Of a DNA stretch of 64,000 bases, positions 20,496 through 35,105 are shown in pieces. A model generated the notes under the pieces. The model ran no database searches. It had not been told where the DNA came from and worked only from the letters and a program-made list of their open reading frames with translations. This DNA is from the human T2T-CHM13v2.0 reference genome, Homo sapiens: the NCBI RefSeq assembly GCF_009914755.1, contig NC_060926.1; one strand, written 5' to 3'. The position numbers were made by a program, and so were the translations under genes. Each line of letters opens with the position of its first letter. Position 1 is the stretch's first letter.

Positions 20496-21539
20496 GAACT
20501 AGCAATGCTAGTAAACAATGATGCCTGACTCTATATATTCAATACCTGCTCATTCTCAACCACCAGACTTTTATTTCAGAGCTGATTCTAAGAGCTAATA
20601 AGAGACTGAAACACATTTTGCCAATTGCACTACATCTGCTGGCTGTATTTATTTGTTCAACCAATATGAAAGGCTTATTACAAGTAAGATACTATGTATC
20701 ACTCTTCTTTGTCTGCTAAATGAATACCACTAGTAGATATAGAAGAAAAACTATTACAGCTCTAAATTCCATTCTTTCTGTAACTGTTTTAAATATGGTC
20801 CAGAGAACACACAAAAAAAGCACCTGCATGTATTAGGAAAAAAAAAGAAATACTACAAACATGAAACAGTTTAAAGCCAAATCAACACATGAGAAACCAG
20901 AATGCTTAATACCTGACAAATTCTCAAGTCATCGTGACTTGCAATGACACACTTGATTCCTGTCAAAAAAATCTCATGCCCTTTAACTTAATTTTTAGTA
21001 CTATTGAAAAATATTGCCTTACTATTAATAACAGCCAATACACTATTTTAAAGGATTTCACCTTGTGAACACACCACCAGCATTTCATCTGCCCTGCTCA
21101 TAAAGTGCAATTCCAACACAGGCATAACTAGGTACATAAAAAGAAGTAAATGTGTTTAACCAGAAAAAAGTTAAGGAGAAGGGGGAAAAAATGACACATA
21201 TAAATAATAAAAAGCTGTTCAGCCCCCATGAGGTATCTTTACTTCACCTAAAACACTGAATAAAATTCACCTAATTCTTTCCAAGACAAACTGTTTCACA
21301 ACAATCCGGAAAATATCCAAATCACAATTTGCTTTTCCTACATGATCTCCAAATTAATTCTACTTCTAAACCCATCCTCCCTGCATATATAGATGTTTAC
21401 TTATCTTCTTTCCTATGGATAGATAAGAACTTAGTGACAGGAACACATATCAAAATGTTTATCTGGGAAGTATTTTAATTAATGACTCTTCAAGTAGAGA
21501 TATTTCTACAGGTTATCACTCCTGTTATTTAAAAAAAGA

Positions 21540-21851
<312 letters not shown>

Positions 21852-22416
21852 TCATTCAACAAATATTTACAGAATAGGAAAACATAAAAGACTCGTACTA
21901 AAAGAGCTCATATTCTGTGCATTAAATAAAAATAAACTCAAAAGCCAAGAAGCATATATGAAGGCAATGCTTAGCATATTAAGCATTTGTCAACACAATC
22001 ATGCAGGTAATTAAGACAATACCAGCCCTGCTCTGGCGCGTTTCTATCTAAATAAAGTACTGCTAGAGAACACTTCGCTAATTCATTTCCATGGCATAGA
22101 AACCTCAATAATTAAACATTAGAAATTGTTCCAAGTCTATAATCCCTTGAAAATAAAATGTCTATCACTTGCTTTATAACTAAAGAAATCTGAGGTGAAA
22201 CTCTTTTAGAGAATAAAGGAATTCAGACATTGAATATAAGTGGTCAATCACCTATGACAAAAAAAAATTATAAAGCACTTTAGATATCTGAACAAACAGC
22301 CCATACCTTACCAAAATGAAGTACCAAACCATAAAATCATTCCTGGACTTAGAAACATTCCCCAAAATATTATTGACAATGAACTAAAAATGAATCCAAA
22401 TAGTTCCCTTTGACTG

Positions 22417-22418
<2 letters not shown>

Positions 22419-22462
<44 letters not shown>

Positions 22463-22468
22463 ACACAC
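22419..22468. repeat. (CA)n microsatellite
   Basis: (AC)19 AG (AC)5. Confidence 0.97.
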
Positions 22469-23566
22469 GGAAGGGGAAGGCGGGGAATGAGAGAAATGCT
22501 AAGTATTGTGACCCAAATGCTTTTTGAAAAGATATGTGAGGGTCATTTAGAAAACCTAACTGCAGAATTTACAAGAATATCTATATAATTTAATAATACT
22601 TTAAAGGGGGGCAGGAGTACAGATGAGAGGAAAGAAAAATGACTCCAATTAAGGATAAAGTGAGTATAGTTTTAGTTGAGCCCCAAATGCACCATGATTT
22701 CACATCAATTTATTAAACAGTAAGCTCCATATGCTAGTCCACCAAGGGAAAATGTTCTTTTATTATTTTTAAAAGCTGTAAGTTGCACTGAGTCATCCAC
22801 ATTCTCTCCACCAGTAATCCTTATCACTAACAAATTAGAGTTTTAAGTATAGTTGTATAGTATTTTCATGAAGAAATTCAAGAGGCCCAAATAGAGACCT
22901 AACCTATAATCATTAGACCTTAATCATTAAACCTTTTTTCTCACCCCAATCACCACTCTCCAAATAGAAAGTATAATAAAGAGATGTAAACAGAAACTCC
23001 CAATTAATATTTTGGGAAATTTAATACCTAGACAAATCTCAATCTCCTGATATAATCTTTGAACTCCTACTTCATACTTTCCATCAGAATTCCAAATGAA
23101 ATGAAAATATCAATAAAAATAAAGCCATGTGAGAACAAAAAGTCAGGTATATGATGATATAATCCTGGTAACAGAGAATTTCCTAAACATGACCACTAAG
23201 CCAGAAATCACTTTACAGTGAAACGATTGATAATTGTGACTATATAAAACTCATACTATTCATTAAATATTTAAAAAGATAAAGCACATGAATACTGTAA
23301 TTTTTAAATACATATAAGTTAAGATATATAAACCAAAATGTTAATTTAAACAGTGATTATCTCTAAGGAAGGAGATTGTAGATAAGTGCTATTAGCATTT
23401 ATACCCTTCTATGCTCCCTAAATTTTCTACAACGAGAGCATATTATTTTTATAATTTAAAAAATGACAAATCTTTCTTCACTTTAAAAAATAAAATCTAT
23501 GTTTCCCTCTCAGCCATAGTTGGTTGTCACTTCCCTCAGGTACAGATAAAACTAAAAAGAAATGAC

Positions 23567-23871
<305 letters not shown>

Positions 23872-24240
23872 TGAATTGAGCATGGGTTAAACAATAGAAC
23901 CAGGACTGATGATCCGGTGTAGCTACTAAGGTGGTAGAAAAGCAAATTTAAAAGTCCAACTGTCAGTAAACTGACTTTTAACAAAGGTGCCAAAGCAATC
24001 CAATGAGAAAACTTAATTTTTTTAAAATGGTGCAGGATAGTCTGGATAACTGGATAATTATGTGGAGAAAAAAAATTAACTTCAACCCCTAACTCACACC
24101 ACACATTAAATTTAGCTTAAAATGTATCCTAGACCTAAATGTAAAAGTCAACCATAAAGCTTTTGGAAAAAAGCAAAGGAGAATATCTTCACGACATGAG
24201 GATGGCGACAATTACTTGGGCAGAAAAGCAACAACCATTA

Positions 24241-24567
<327 letters not shown>

Positions 24568-24943
24568 GAGACAGAGAGAGAGATACACCATAAGCTAGGA
24601 AAAAACATTCACAAAACATTTATTTGACAAAGAGTGTTCTCTTTATATACAAAAGAACTTCTAAGATTCAATAATAAATACAAATAAATGACCCAATGTT
24701 TTTTAATGGGCAAAAATGGAGGTATGTTGCTTCAAACAGATGCTTCACAAAGGAAAATATATAAATGGCCCGTAAGTGCAAGAAAAAGTACATCATTCAT
24801 CATGAGGGAAATGCAAATCATGCAAATCGAAATCACATTTTAAAGAGCAGTGTCGGGGAAGATGTGGAGCAACTGGAACTCTCATATACTGTTGGTGGGA
24901 GTATAAAATGGTATAACTACTTCATAAAAAGATCTGGCAGTTT

Positions 24944-25260
<317 letters not shown>

Positions 25261-25370
25261 TAAAAAGTAAACACATATCTGCCCTATGAGTTAGCAATTC
25301 CACTACAAGGTATTTAATTTACCCAAAAGAAATGAAAACTTTCATAACAACTGTATTAAGAGCCAAAGTA

Positions 25371-25668
25371 GGCTGGGTGCAGTGGCTCAGGCCTCTAATC
25401 CCACGTTTTCAGGGGCTGAGGTTGGAGGATCACTTGAGGCCAGGAGTTTGAGACCAGCCTGGACAACACAGCAAGACCCCATTTCTGCAAAAATAAAATA
25501 AAATAAAAATTAGCCAATTACAGTGGCACACGCCTGTAGTCCCTACTAGAGGGGCTAAGTTGGAAGGATCATTGAGACCAGGAGTTGAAGGTTATAGTGC
25601 GCTATGACTACACCACTGCATCCCAGCCTGAGCAAGAGAGCAAGATCTTGTCTCCATATTTTAAAAAA
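25371..25668 (+). mobile_element. AluJ
   Basis: Diverged dimer. Confidence 0.9.
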
Positions 25669-25689
25669 ATCAAGCCAAAATATATAATA

Positions 25690-25968
25690 CACTCAGCACT
25701 CTGTATCCATGAATCCAACCGTGGATCAAAAATAATTTGGAAAAAAAATAAAAATTAAAAAATACAAACTAAAACAATACAGTATCGTATTAGGCATTGT
25801 AAGTAATCTAGAGATGACTTAAAGTATATGGAGGATATGCACAGATTACATGCAAATACTAATGCCATTTTATAAAAAGGACTGTGCGTCGTCGGATTTT
25901 GGTACGTAGGCAGACTATAAGGCAAGTATCCTGGAACCAATCCCCGGAGAACACCAAGGGACCAGTGT
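25690..25968 (+). mobile_element. MER2 DNA transposon
   Basis: gtaatctagagatga...atgcaaatact...ggattttggta...tcctggaaccaatcccc. Confidence 0.8.
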
Positions 25969-27389
25969 ACATTCTGAAAACAAAAAACTGAAAACTAGTC
26001 CAGGTATGCATCAACACGAGATATCCAAGCAAACTGCAGTTTATACATATAACAGAAGACAATTCAACAATGAGAAAAAGGAATAAACTGCTGACACACA
26101 CAATAACACAGATAACTCTCAGAAACAATGCTAAATTAAAGAAGCCAGACACAGAAAAGTATATACTATATGATTCCATTTTTATGAAGTATAGAAGAAG
26201 TCAAAGTAATCTTTACTGCAAAAAAAAAAAAAAATCAGAAGAATGACTGCCTCTAATAGAAGAAAATGGTGTGTGAAATTAGCTGAAAAGGTGTGAAGGA
26301 GATTTCTGAGTTGGTAATAATGGTCTGTATTTTTACAAGAATTTGCATTAAATAGGTGTGTGCATTTGTCAAAACTCACCAGCGGTACACTTCAGATCTG
26401 TGCATTTCATTGCATGCAAATTTAATCTTTAAAAAATCTAAACAAATATTGAACTCTTCTTAATTAAATACATACTGAAGTGTTTGAAGGTGAAGTATAC
26501 TAATATCTCCAATTTACTTTAAGTGAACCAAAAATAAAAGATGTATTGATAGATGGATAAAGGAATGGACAGATAAAGAAAATACAGCAAATACAGCAAA
26601 ATATTAATTATGCGGTAAATATATGGATGTTCACTGTCGATTTTTTCACCCTTACTATACTTCGAAATTTTCTATAATAACATCATGGGGAAAATTTTCA
26701 ACTCTATCCATTATATTAAGTTGACTGAACATAGTATATCTTAAAATCCAGCAATTCCACTCCCAGATATATACCCTAATCTACAGGAATTATTCACGTG
26801 AGCTCCAGAAATGCTCCTAGCAACACTTTCCATAACAGAAAAAAAAAAACAAAAAAAAAGAAAGAAAGAAAACTGTAAATATCCATTAAGTAGATCGGAG
26901 CTATACTGATTATCATAGCAGAGAATATGAATAACCCACAATGTTAGTGAATCTTAGAAACACCATTTTCAGTAAATAAAGCAAGTCATAAAAGAATACA
27001 TAAAAATGCTGACATTTTATAAAGTTAAAAAAACAAGTAAAACTAAACAATATTGTTTAGAGATACACACAAATGTAGTAATCTATGAAATGAAGCAAAG
27101 GAACAATAAAATGTTCAGGGTAGCAGATGAGAGAGGATGCAGGAAGACTGAATCCAGCAGCGGCGACGGCACACAGGTAACTTCTACAGGCTAGTGTTCC
27201 ACTTATTAACTTGTGTGGTGATTTCATGAATATGTTTTTACGCTTCGTAACTTATATTTGCATACTATATTTTTAGAATTCAAAATGGGAAAAAGAGGGC
27301 TATCTGATCAAGACTTGGGAAATAAAAAACAAAAAAGTTAGGTTTCAAGATAATTATCCACTATTTATTTACAGCTACTGAAGTGTATG

Positions 27390-27712
27390 TAAGTCCGTAT
27401 TTCCTTACTTAGTCTACATTGGCCTTACCCTGGGACCAAAATGTTTCCGAACTCAGAATTTCTTGGATTTTAGAAAGGTACACAGTACATATACTGTGTA
27501 CTCCCAAAAATGCTCTTGAAAATCTGGGCAACACCCTGAAATCAAATACATTCATATTCCTCCAGCAAAAGGCATTATTATTTACATCAAGAGGAATGAC
27601 TAGACCACAAGTATTCTAATGTGAGATTAGGTCAGATGTTATCATCAAATACATTTTACCAAAAACTGGGTTTTTTATATATCAAAATTGTGGATAAGGG
27701 ATTGCGGACCTG
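27390..27712 (+). mobile_element. MER46/Tigger-type DNA element
   Basis: gggaccaaaatgtttc...ggattttaga...gtggataaggggattgcggacctg. Confidence 0.5.
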
Positions 27713-29174
27713 CACTTGCTTCACATCAACAGTAAGTTCCATACATCACCTTTTTTTTAAAACCTCCCTAGCTAACTCATTTTCTTTAAATATCTCCTAT
27801 CAACATGAAAGTTTTAAAGTAAACTAGTCACAAATTTTACACTATAAATGCCAAACTCTTCATAAAGAAAAAAATGTATAAAATGATTTTTAATTTTTAT
27901 TCTATTTCATTTTTATTGTATCTTTATAATGTTCTTACTTATTACATGATGGGAAAAATACACATACAATTTTATTTTAACTAGGCAAATAACCAGCAGC
28001 ATGCTGAAAGAGTCTAAGCACTGAGATAATATTGTCAGATAGTTTACAAGTATAATGAAATCAATCAAATTATTTTATGTTTTATGCCACTGAAAATTGT
28101 AAACAAAGTTTTAATCACCTTTGCCCATCCACACAAGTCTTAAGTAAGAGTTTACCCAAGCGTGAGTCCTACAGGTTATTGTGACTGTTTACTCTTTGAA
28201 AGAGTAAAATAAATCAACACTCAAAAAGCACAGACCTTTAGAAAAATATCTCTTCAGCAAAGCCTGAAACACAGTTCTTTTTACCATAATAGGTAAGCAG
28301 TATGAGAAGCTGGTCTTGACAACAAAGCATAGGTATTTACCCAAAGGTTTCAAACACTACAAAAGCATATTACTGAAGACTCGCCTCCAAAAAAAAAAGA
28401 GGCAGTAGAGAAGCAAAACTCTAAGTAATACTAAGCGGCTCACAATCTGCAACCATAAAAGAGATATACTCTTCTCAGATTAATTTAAGGACCCACATAA
28501 AGCCATGAGCCTTTGCAGAGAAACAAGATGTCATCTTTACACTGATTTAGTCTTGGAATCCAGCTCTACCTATGCCTAATGATTGCTAGCACTTTTCTGA
28601 TGACAAATTCAAATGATAATGCTACTCACTCAAAATTATGTAGCAAGAAATAGTTGCAAATAAAACCATTTTCCTTTGAAAAGAAAATTTAAAGCAGTTA
28701 ACTAATAACATGCTAAGTGTGCACAGGAGAAGTGAACTAAATTTAATGAGCACTGTGATGTACCAAGCACTAGGCTAAGCACTTTACACGTTATCTCATA
28801 AAACTTTGTTTCCTACAGAGTTTTACCTTCTAGGCCTAGCCCACTGAAAGCATCATACAATCATTTCTGGTGTACTTCATCTTCTTTTGTCATCTTAGGT
28901 ATATACTATTTTTAATGGTACTTTCTGAGCTCCTGAATGTAGTGTCGCAGCTGTGTTTGCTTTAAATTATATTCCTTTAAATTTTCTGTTAAAGACAAAA
29001 TATGTATTTCCCATGGCAAAACCAAAAAATAAATGTCATAGGCAGTAAAACAATGACCAATAGTGAAATGCAACCTAAATGCTAAGGTTTCAGATCTTTA
29101 AAGTGATACCAGCCATTATTTCGTCAGTATTTCAGGAAATATAATTTTTATAACATTCTTTTAAACATTAATTT

Positions 29175-29325
29175 ACAGTTTCAGTTTGGAAAAATGAAAA
29201 GATTCCAGAGACGGATAGTGGTGATGGCTGCACAACAATGTGAATGTATTTAATGCCTGCCACTAACCTGTACACTTAAAAATGGTTAAAAATGGTAAAT
29301 TCTGTATACGCTACCACAATAAAAA
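29175..29325 (+). mobile_element. L1MB 3' terminal fragment
   Basis: gagacggatagtggtgatggctgcacaacaatgtgaatgta...tacacttaaaaatggtt. Confidence 0.75.
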
Positions 29326-30962
29326 ATCCATTCTAGTAGTTCATAAATAAAATACGCGTAATTTAAAATTAATTAATTATAAAAAAATTTTTAAATTTCG
29401 TTTATCAATTTGTAACAGAAACACCAGGAACCTTGCTCCAAAGGAATAAGGGACGCATTTTGGCTTGGAAAGGTTTACTGCACCTCAAGCATATTTAACC
29501 AACTAGAAACAGCAATAACAGAGTCTGTCAAGTCATCAGCACCTGATGTCAATTCTCAGATCCGTAATGTGCCACCTTAATAAAAGTGTGTTTTGGCTGT
29601 AATAACTGCTAAATGAATGAACTGTGTCCTGAACATGTGAGATGTTTCACTTTTAAAAATAGCCTCCATTTTAATAATTTGGAAAGCAATAAAACAAAAT
29701 GCATGATCATATTACATGTATAAGCTACTTACATTCAAGCTCAGAATAACTCTAATAATTATGATTAATATCATTAAAGATCTAAGATATCAAAGTGAAT
29801 TGCAAAACGTTTCCATCTAGGATTTAGCATGAACCTGATGAATACTTGAGATTTGCTGTACTATTTTTAACTAAACTTTCTGGCCTTAGGTCAAAGTTTT
29901 GCTAGCAAAATACCAAAGTGAAAATGCTGGGAGTGCAGCCCAGAGTCTCCGCTTTAGCCTAGGAAAAGCTATGCCATCCATGCAAGCAATCTTACTCCCG
30001 ATTAAAGACTTTCAAAGACTGCTCCCATTAAAACATAGGAACAACACATTAACCCGAAAAACAGTAAAACATCAAACACATGTGACACAATATAGCACAT
30101 CATTCATTACTTTCTGTACACTGTGCAGAAAGACACTATATAGCTAAAGTCAGTTCCTGCATTTTGACCAAACAGGACTGAGTCACTCTGCAAACGATGC
30201 CTGAAACCTCAAAGGATAACCAACCGCCTCTGACCAAAAGCCAGTCCGTCCGTCCCTGGAAAGGGAGGAGGCAGTTTTTCTCATCATACAGTAAGGTTTA
30301 TTCCAGGAGGGAACAGAACTAAACATCTGCATTCCAGCACAGAATGTCTAACGGATCTAAGGACCTCCCACCCTAGTTCTAGTCTTCCAGAGTCAATTTA
30401 ATACACAGAGTATCGTTTTCACCTTTCTTCCCCTCCCCAGGGTAAAAGTCCACACCCCCTTTTCCCATAAATGCATCTACACTGCACACTACTCAAATTG
30501 CGAAATACAATCATCTATCCTAACAAAAATAAGAAATAAGCCAGCATTCTACGGTGCATTTCTATTTTGTAAAACATGCTCCTTTCTTAACCAAGAGCCA
30601 ATTAGCAGCCTTTACGGTGCTATTAATCTGGATTTCAAAGGTCGTTATAGGAAAGAGACGCAATGAAGAGGGCAGATTTATTCCACTCCACAATTCAGAC
30701 TGATTTTTTGGCTCTGGCGCAATAATCTCAGGGAATTAAATTTACAGCAATTAAAATGCACTAAATAGCAAGTATGGAATGCTCAAACGCAAGTGAAAAC
30801 AGCAAAACTTTAGCTGTGTGTTCCAAGATTTCAGACTAAAAGGAGAGAGTGAGGGCGGCTCTTTGTCATGTACCCCAGTGAGTACTCGCAACAGGGACAG
30901 CATCAGGTTTCTTTCTCCCTCGCTCGCACCAAGTCCCCACGTAGCATGACACTTTCAAATCA

Positions 30963-31562
<600 letters not shown>

Positions 31563-31619
31563 CTAGCTCCGGCTTCGGGTCTCCAAGGCGGTCCCCCGCC
31601 TGGGGGCTGCTCCCAGGGG

Positions 31620-31661
31620 CCCGCCCGGCCCAGCCCGGCCCAGCCCGGCCCGGCCCGGCCC
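31620..31661 (-). repeat. (GGGCC/GGGCT)n pentamer repeat, G-quadruplex-forming
   Basis: Nine GGG tracts with 1-2 nt loops on the ROCK2 sense strand. Confidence 0.85.
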
Positions 31662-31849
31662 TGCCGGGAGCGGCGGGGAACAGACGGCGTCCCCGCCCCT
31701 CAGTCAGATTCGCGCCGCCGGTCCGCTGGTCCTCAGCGAGTGCCCGCAGGAGTCCTCGGGCGGGAGCAGGGAAGTGGCGCCGCCACCGCCGCGGCCCGGA
31801 CCGCCCCGCCCTCTGGGGCCCCGGGAGGCTGAAGCCCAGGCCTGGGCCA

Positions 31850-31876
31850 CTACGGCCGCCGCCGGCCCGCTGCCAT
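31850..31876 (-). other. uORF MAAGRRRP* in ROCK2 leader
   Basis: GACC-ATG-G then GCA GCG GGC CGG CGG CGG CCG TAG; the only minus-strand ATG between 31443 and 31930. Confidence 0.6.
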
Positions 31877-32355
31877 GGTCGCCGCCGGCCGCCTTGCAGT
31901 CCCTCAGCCAGCTCCCGGCGCACACACTCCCGCGCGGCCGCCCGTCTCCGGCCGCGCGCCGCCGCTACCCACAAGCCCCTCCGCCCGCAGCCGCCGGCGC
32001 GCGTCCCCGCCGGCCCTGCGCGCGCTCCGCCCCGCCCCGCCCCGCGCACCGCGCTTCCTCCCTTTCTTTCCCTTCCTGCGTCTGTCCCGCTCCGCTTTCT
32101 CCTCTGCGCCCCTTCCTCGCCCGCCCTCGCCTCCTCCCCCTGGCGAGGTTCTCTGAGGCGAATAGCCGGGCGCGCGGTCACGGCCGAGCTCCTGCTGGGG
32201 GAGGGGAGACGCACCCAGGCCGGGTCCTTCCGCGCGCCCCCTGCCCCTCCCGGACCCCGCGGACTACCCCGCGGCCCCGAGGCGGAACCCCAGACGCCGG
32301 GCCCAGCGCACCGTGCGCTGCGGGGGAGCCCGGCCGCGCCCCCCGCCGCGGCCCC

Positions 32356-32368
32356 CGCTGACTCAGCG
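32356..32368. promoter_or_regulatory. AP-1/ARE/MARE-like palindrome CGCTGACTCAGCG
   Basis: TGACTCA core with GC flanks on both sides. Confidence 0.5.
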
Positions 32369-33609
32369 CGCAGCTATGCGGGCCTCGCCTCACCCGCGCC
32401 CAAATAATAGCGGCCGAGCTCGGCGCCCGCGAGGGGCCGCAGGGCCGGGGGTTTCGAGGCGAGCCTGAGAGGGGGCCCTGGGTGTCTGGGATTCCGAATT
32501 AGCGGAGGCGGGTGGAATCCTAGTCCTGGGGCAGGAGGGCCTGGGATCCTGAAAGCGTTTCTGCCCGGCTTAGACACTAACCACTTCAAGAGAACGGGAG
32601 AGCACCGGAAAAAGGCTTTCCAGCCGCAGGCCTTCGCGAGGTCTTCTCCTTTTGGGGGGCGGAAGAGGGGTGGTTATCGGGACCGTTCCGCCGCATTCCT
32701 GCCCTCTCGGCGGCCGGTGCCATCGCTTAGATCCGCCCAGGGCGCAATCCGAAAATTATGTGCCAAGAGCTATAAAACCGTTCATAGAGCCCCTTTGACC
32801 CAGTAAACCCATTTAAGGAAGTACATTTCCAAGGAAATGATCCAAAGGGCGAAGAAGGGGGAGAACTTGCAGAAAGATGTTAACAGCAGGGCTATTCACA
32901 ATGTTCGTGATGACCAAAACCTGGGAATGGGCCCAGTTGTCCAACAATTGAGTAACCCAAACAGGCGCCTTCACATTAACAGCAAGAATCCTGGCAGGTA
33001 TGCAGACTGTGTCAAACATGAAATTTTGGCAAGTACATGAGAAGGTATATTAGAAATAAATGAAACAAAAAAAATCGTTTGTACACACTAAAACTATGTA
33101 AAATGAGCAGCTATAAGAACCAGAGAATACAGTACTTCTTAAATAAATGGGATTTTTTTCTGTAAAGATACTTAAGAACAAATTAAATTTCAAAAAATGG
33201 AAAAACCACTCCGAAAAGCAACAATCTGATATCCATTAAGTAATAAGAATGTTAAGAACTGTCTCCCTGGCATGTCAGAGATAAACCCGAAGATAGGGTG
33301 AAGCCCCAGCCCTGTAAAAGTTGCATTTTGATCCAAACCATTGGATTAGTTGGAGCCTCTTCTTTGGTTTTAGGTTAGTTAAAACCACCCCTAGCTGGAC
33401 TCATGCAGGAAGAGGCCCCGATGATCCATCCAATGCAGCTTTTCCCTTTCAGATAGTAACACTGACTTCACATCCAGAGAGTCCTTTAAGTCTGTGTATT
33501 GAGCTACTCATTCAGACCTCCACAGAGGCCACCAGGAGAACAGAGGGAGCTAGACACTCCCACTTATGCATTGGAGCAAAATAATGAGATAATCTATGAT
33601 TATGGATTA

Positions 33610-33975
<366 letters not shown>

Positions 33976-34790
33976 CTACATATACTTATTTATATAGACC
34001 AGAAAAAGCCATGGTACAGAAGATTTTTACCCAAGACCTATCCCATTGTCTACCTGGAAGAAGAGAAAATGAATCTGTTGATATGAGTTAAACCTTTTTG
34101 CAGGATGGGGTAAGGGTAAGGAGGAGGTTAGTACAACAATTCTTGTTTTCAAAAGTAATGCACAAATGCATTCTTGTAAAAGTTCAAACGAACCAGAAAT
34201 ATATGGAACATAATCTAAAATTTACTGTTCTGACTATATTTCCACATACATTCTTATATCACTCAAGGCCTTTGGCCATTCTCATACATATGTATTATAG
34301 ATACATGTTACCTTTTCCCCACAGACATGAAATTATACCATATCATGGTGTTTGGCAACTTGGTTTTTTCCCTTCATTACTAATATGTCCTAGAGGCGTG
34401 TCCATGTCTATAGGCAGAGATCTGCTTCATTCCGCTTACCTGCTGTCCTCTACTCCCCAGTTTGGATGTGCCACACTGTAATTATTCTCTATTCGAGAGC
34501 ATAGTGGTTAAGAAACAATTGCCAAAATCCTGCCCCAAACACACACTTGCCATGTGACCCTGAGCAAGTTACCTAACTCCTCTGTGTCTCGGGGTCCTCA
34601 CAATATTTGTTATAAAGTGCTTAGAAATGTGCTGGCCCTCAATCAATGCTAGATATTATTAATATTTTCTCACTGTTAAAATGATCCATTGACATCCTCG
34701 TATCCTCATATTTGAATAGTATAGATTCCTAAAAGTGGAATTGTCATAACAAAGGGTAGGCATACTGTAAATACAGATGCTGCCAACCTG

Positions 34791-35105
34791 TTATTTATTT
34801 ATTTATTGGAGGCAGGTTTACATTCTGTCCTTCAGGCTGGAGTGCAGTGGCACGAGAGATCTTGGCTCACTGCAACCTCCACCTCTAGGGCTCCAGCAGT
34901 CCTCCCACTTCAGCCTCCTGAGTAGCTGGAACTGCAAGCACACAACACCATGCCTGGCTAATTTTTGTATTTTTTGTAGAGACAGGATTTTGCCTTGTTG
35001 CCCAGGCTGTTCTCTAAGTCCTGAGCTCAAGCGATCCACTCACCTCAGCCTCCCAAAGTGCTGGGATTACAGGGGTGAGTCACAGAGCCGGGCCTCAACC
35101 TGGCC
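34791..35105 (-). mobile_element. AluJ
   Basis: Diverged dimer with (TTTA)n tail. Confidence 0.9.

Noticed and set aside
32771-32777. TATAAAA as a divergent-promoter TATA box
   Set aside because: It sits at the edge of an old L1-like fragment (tttgacccag...) with no other support.
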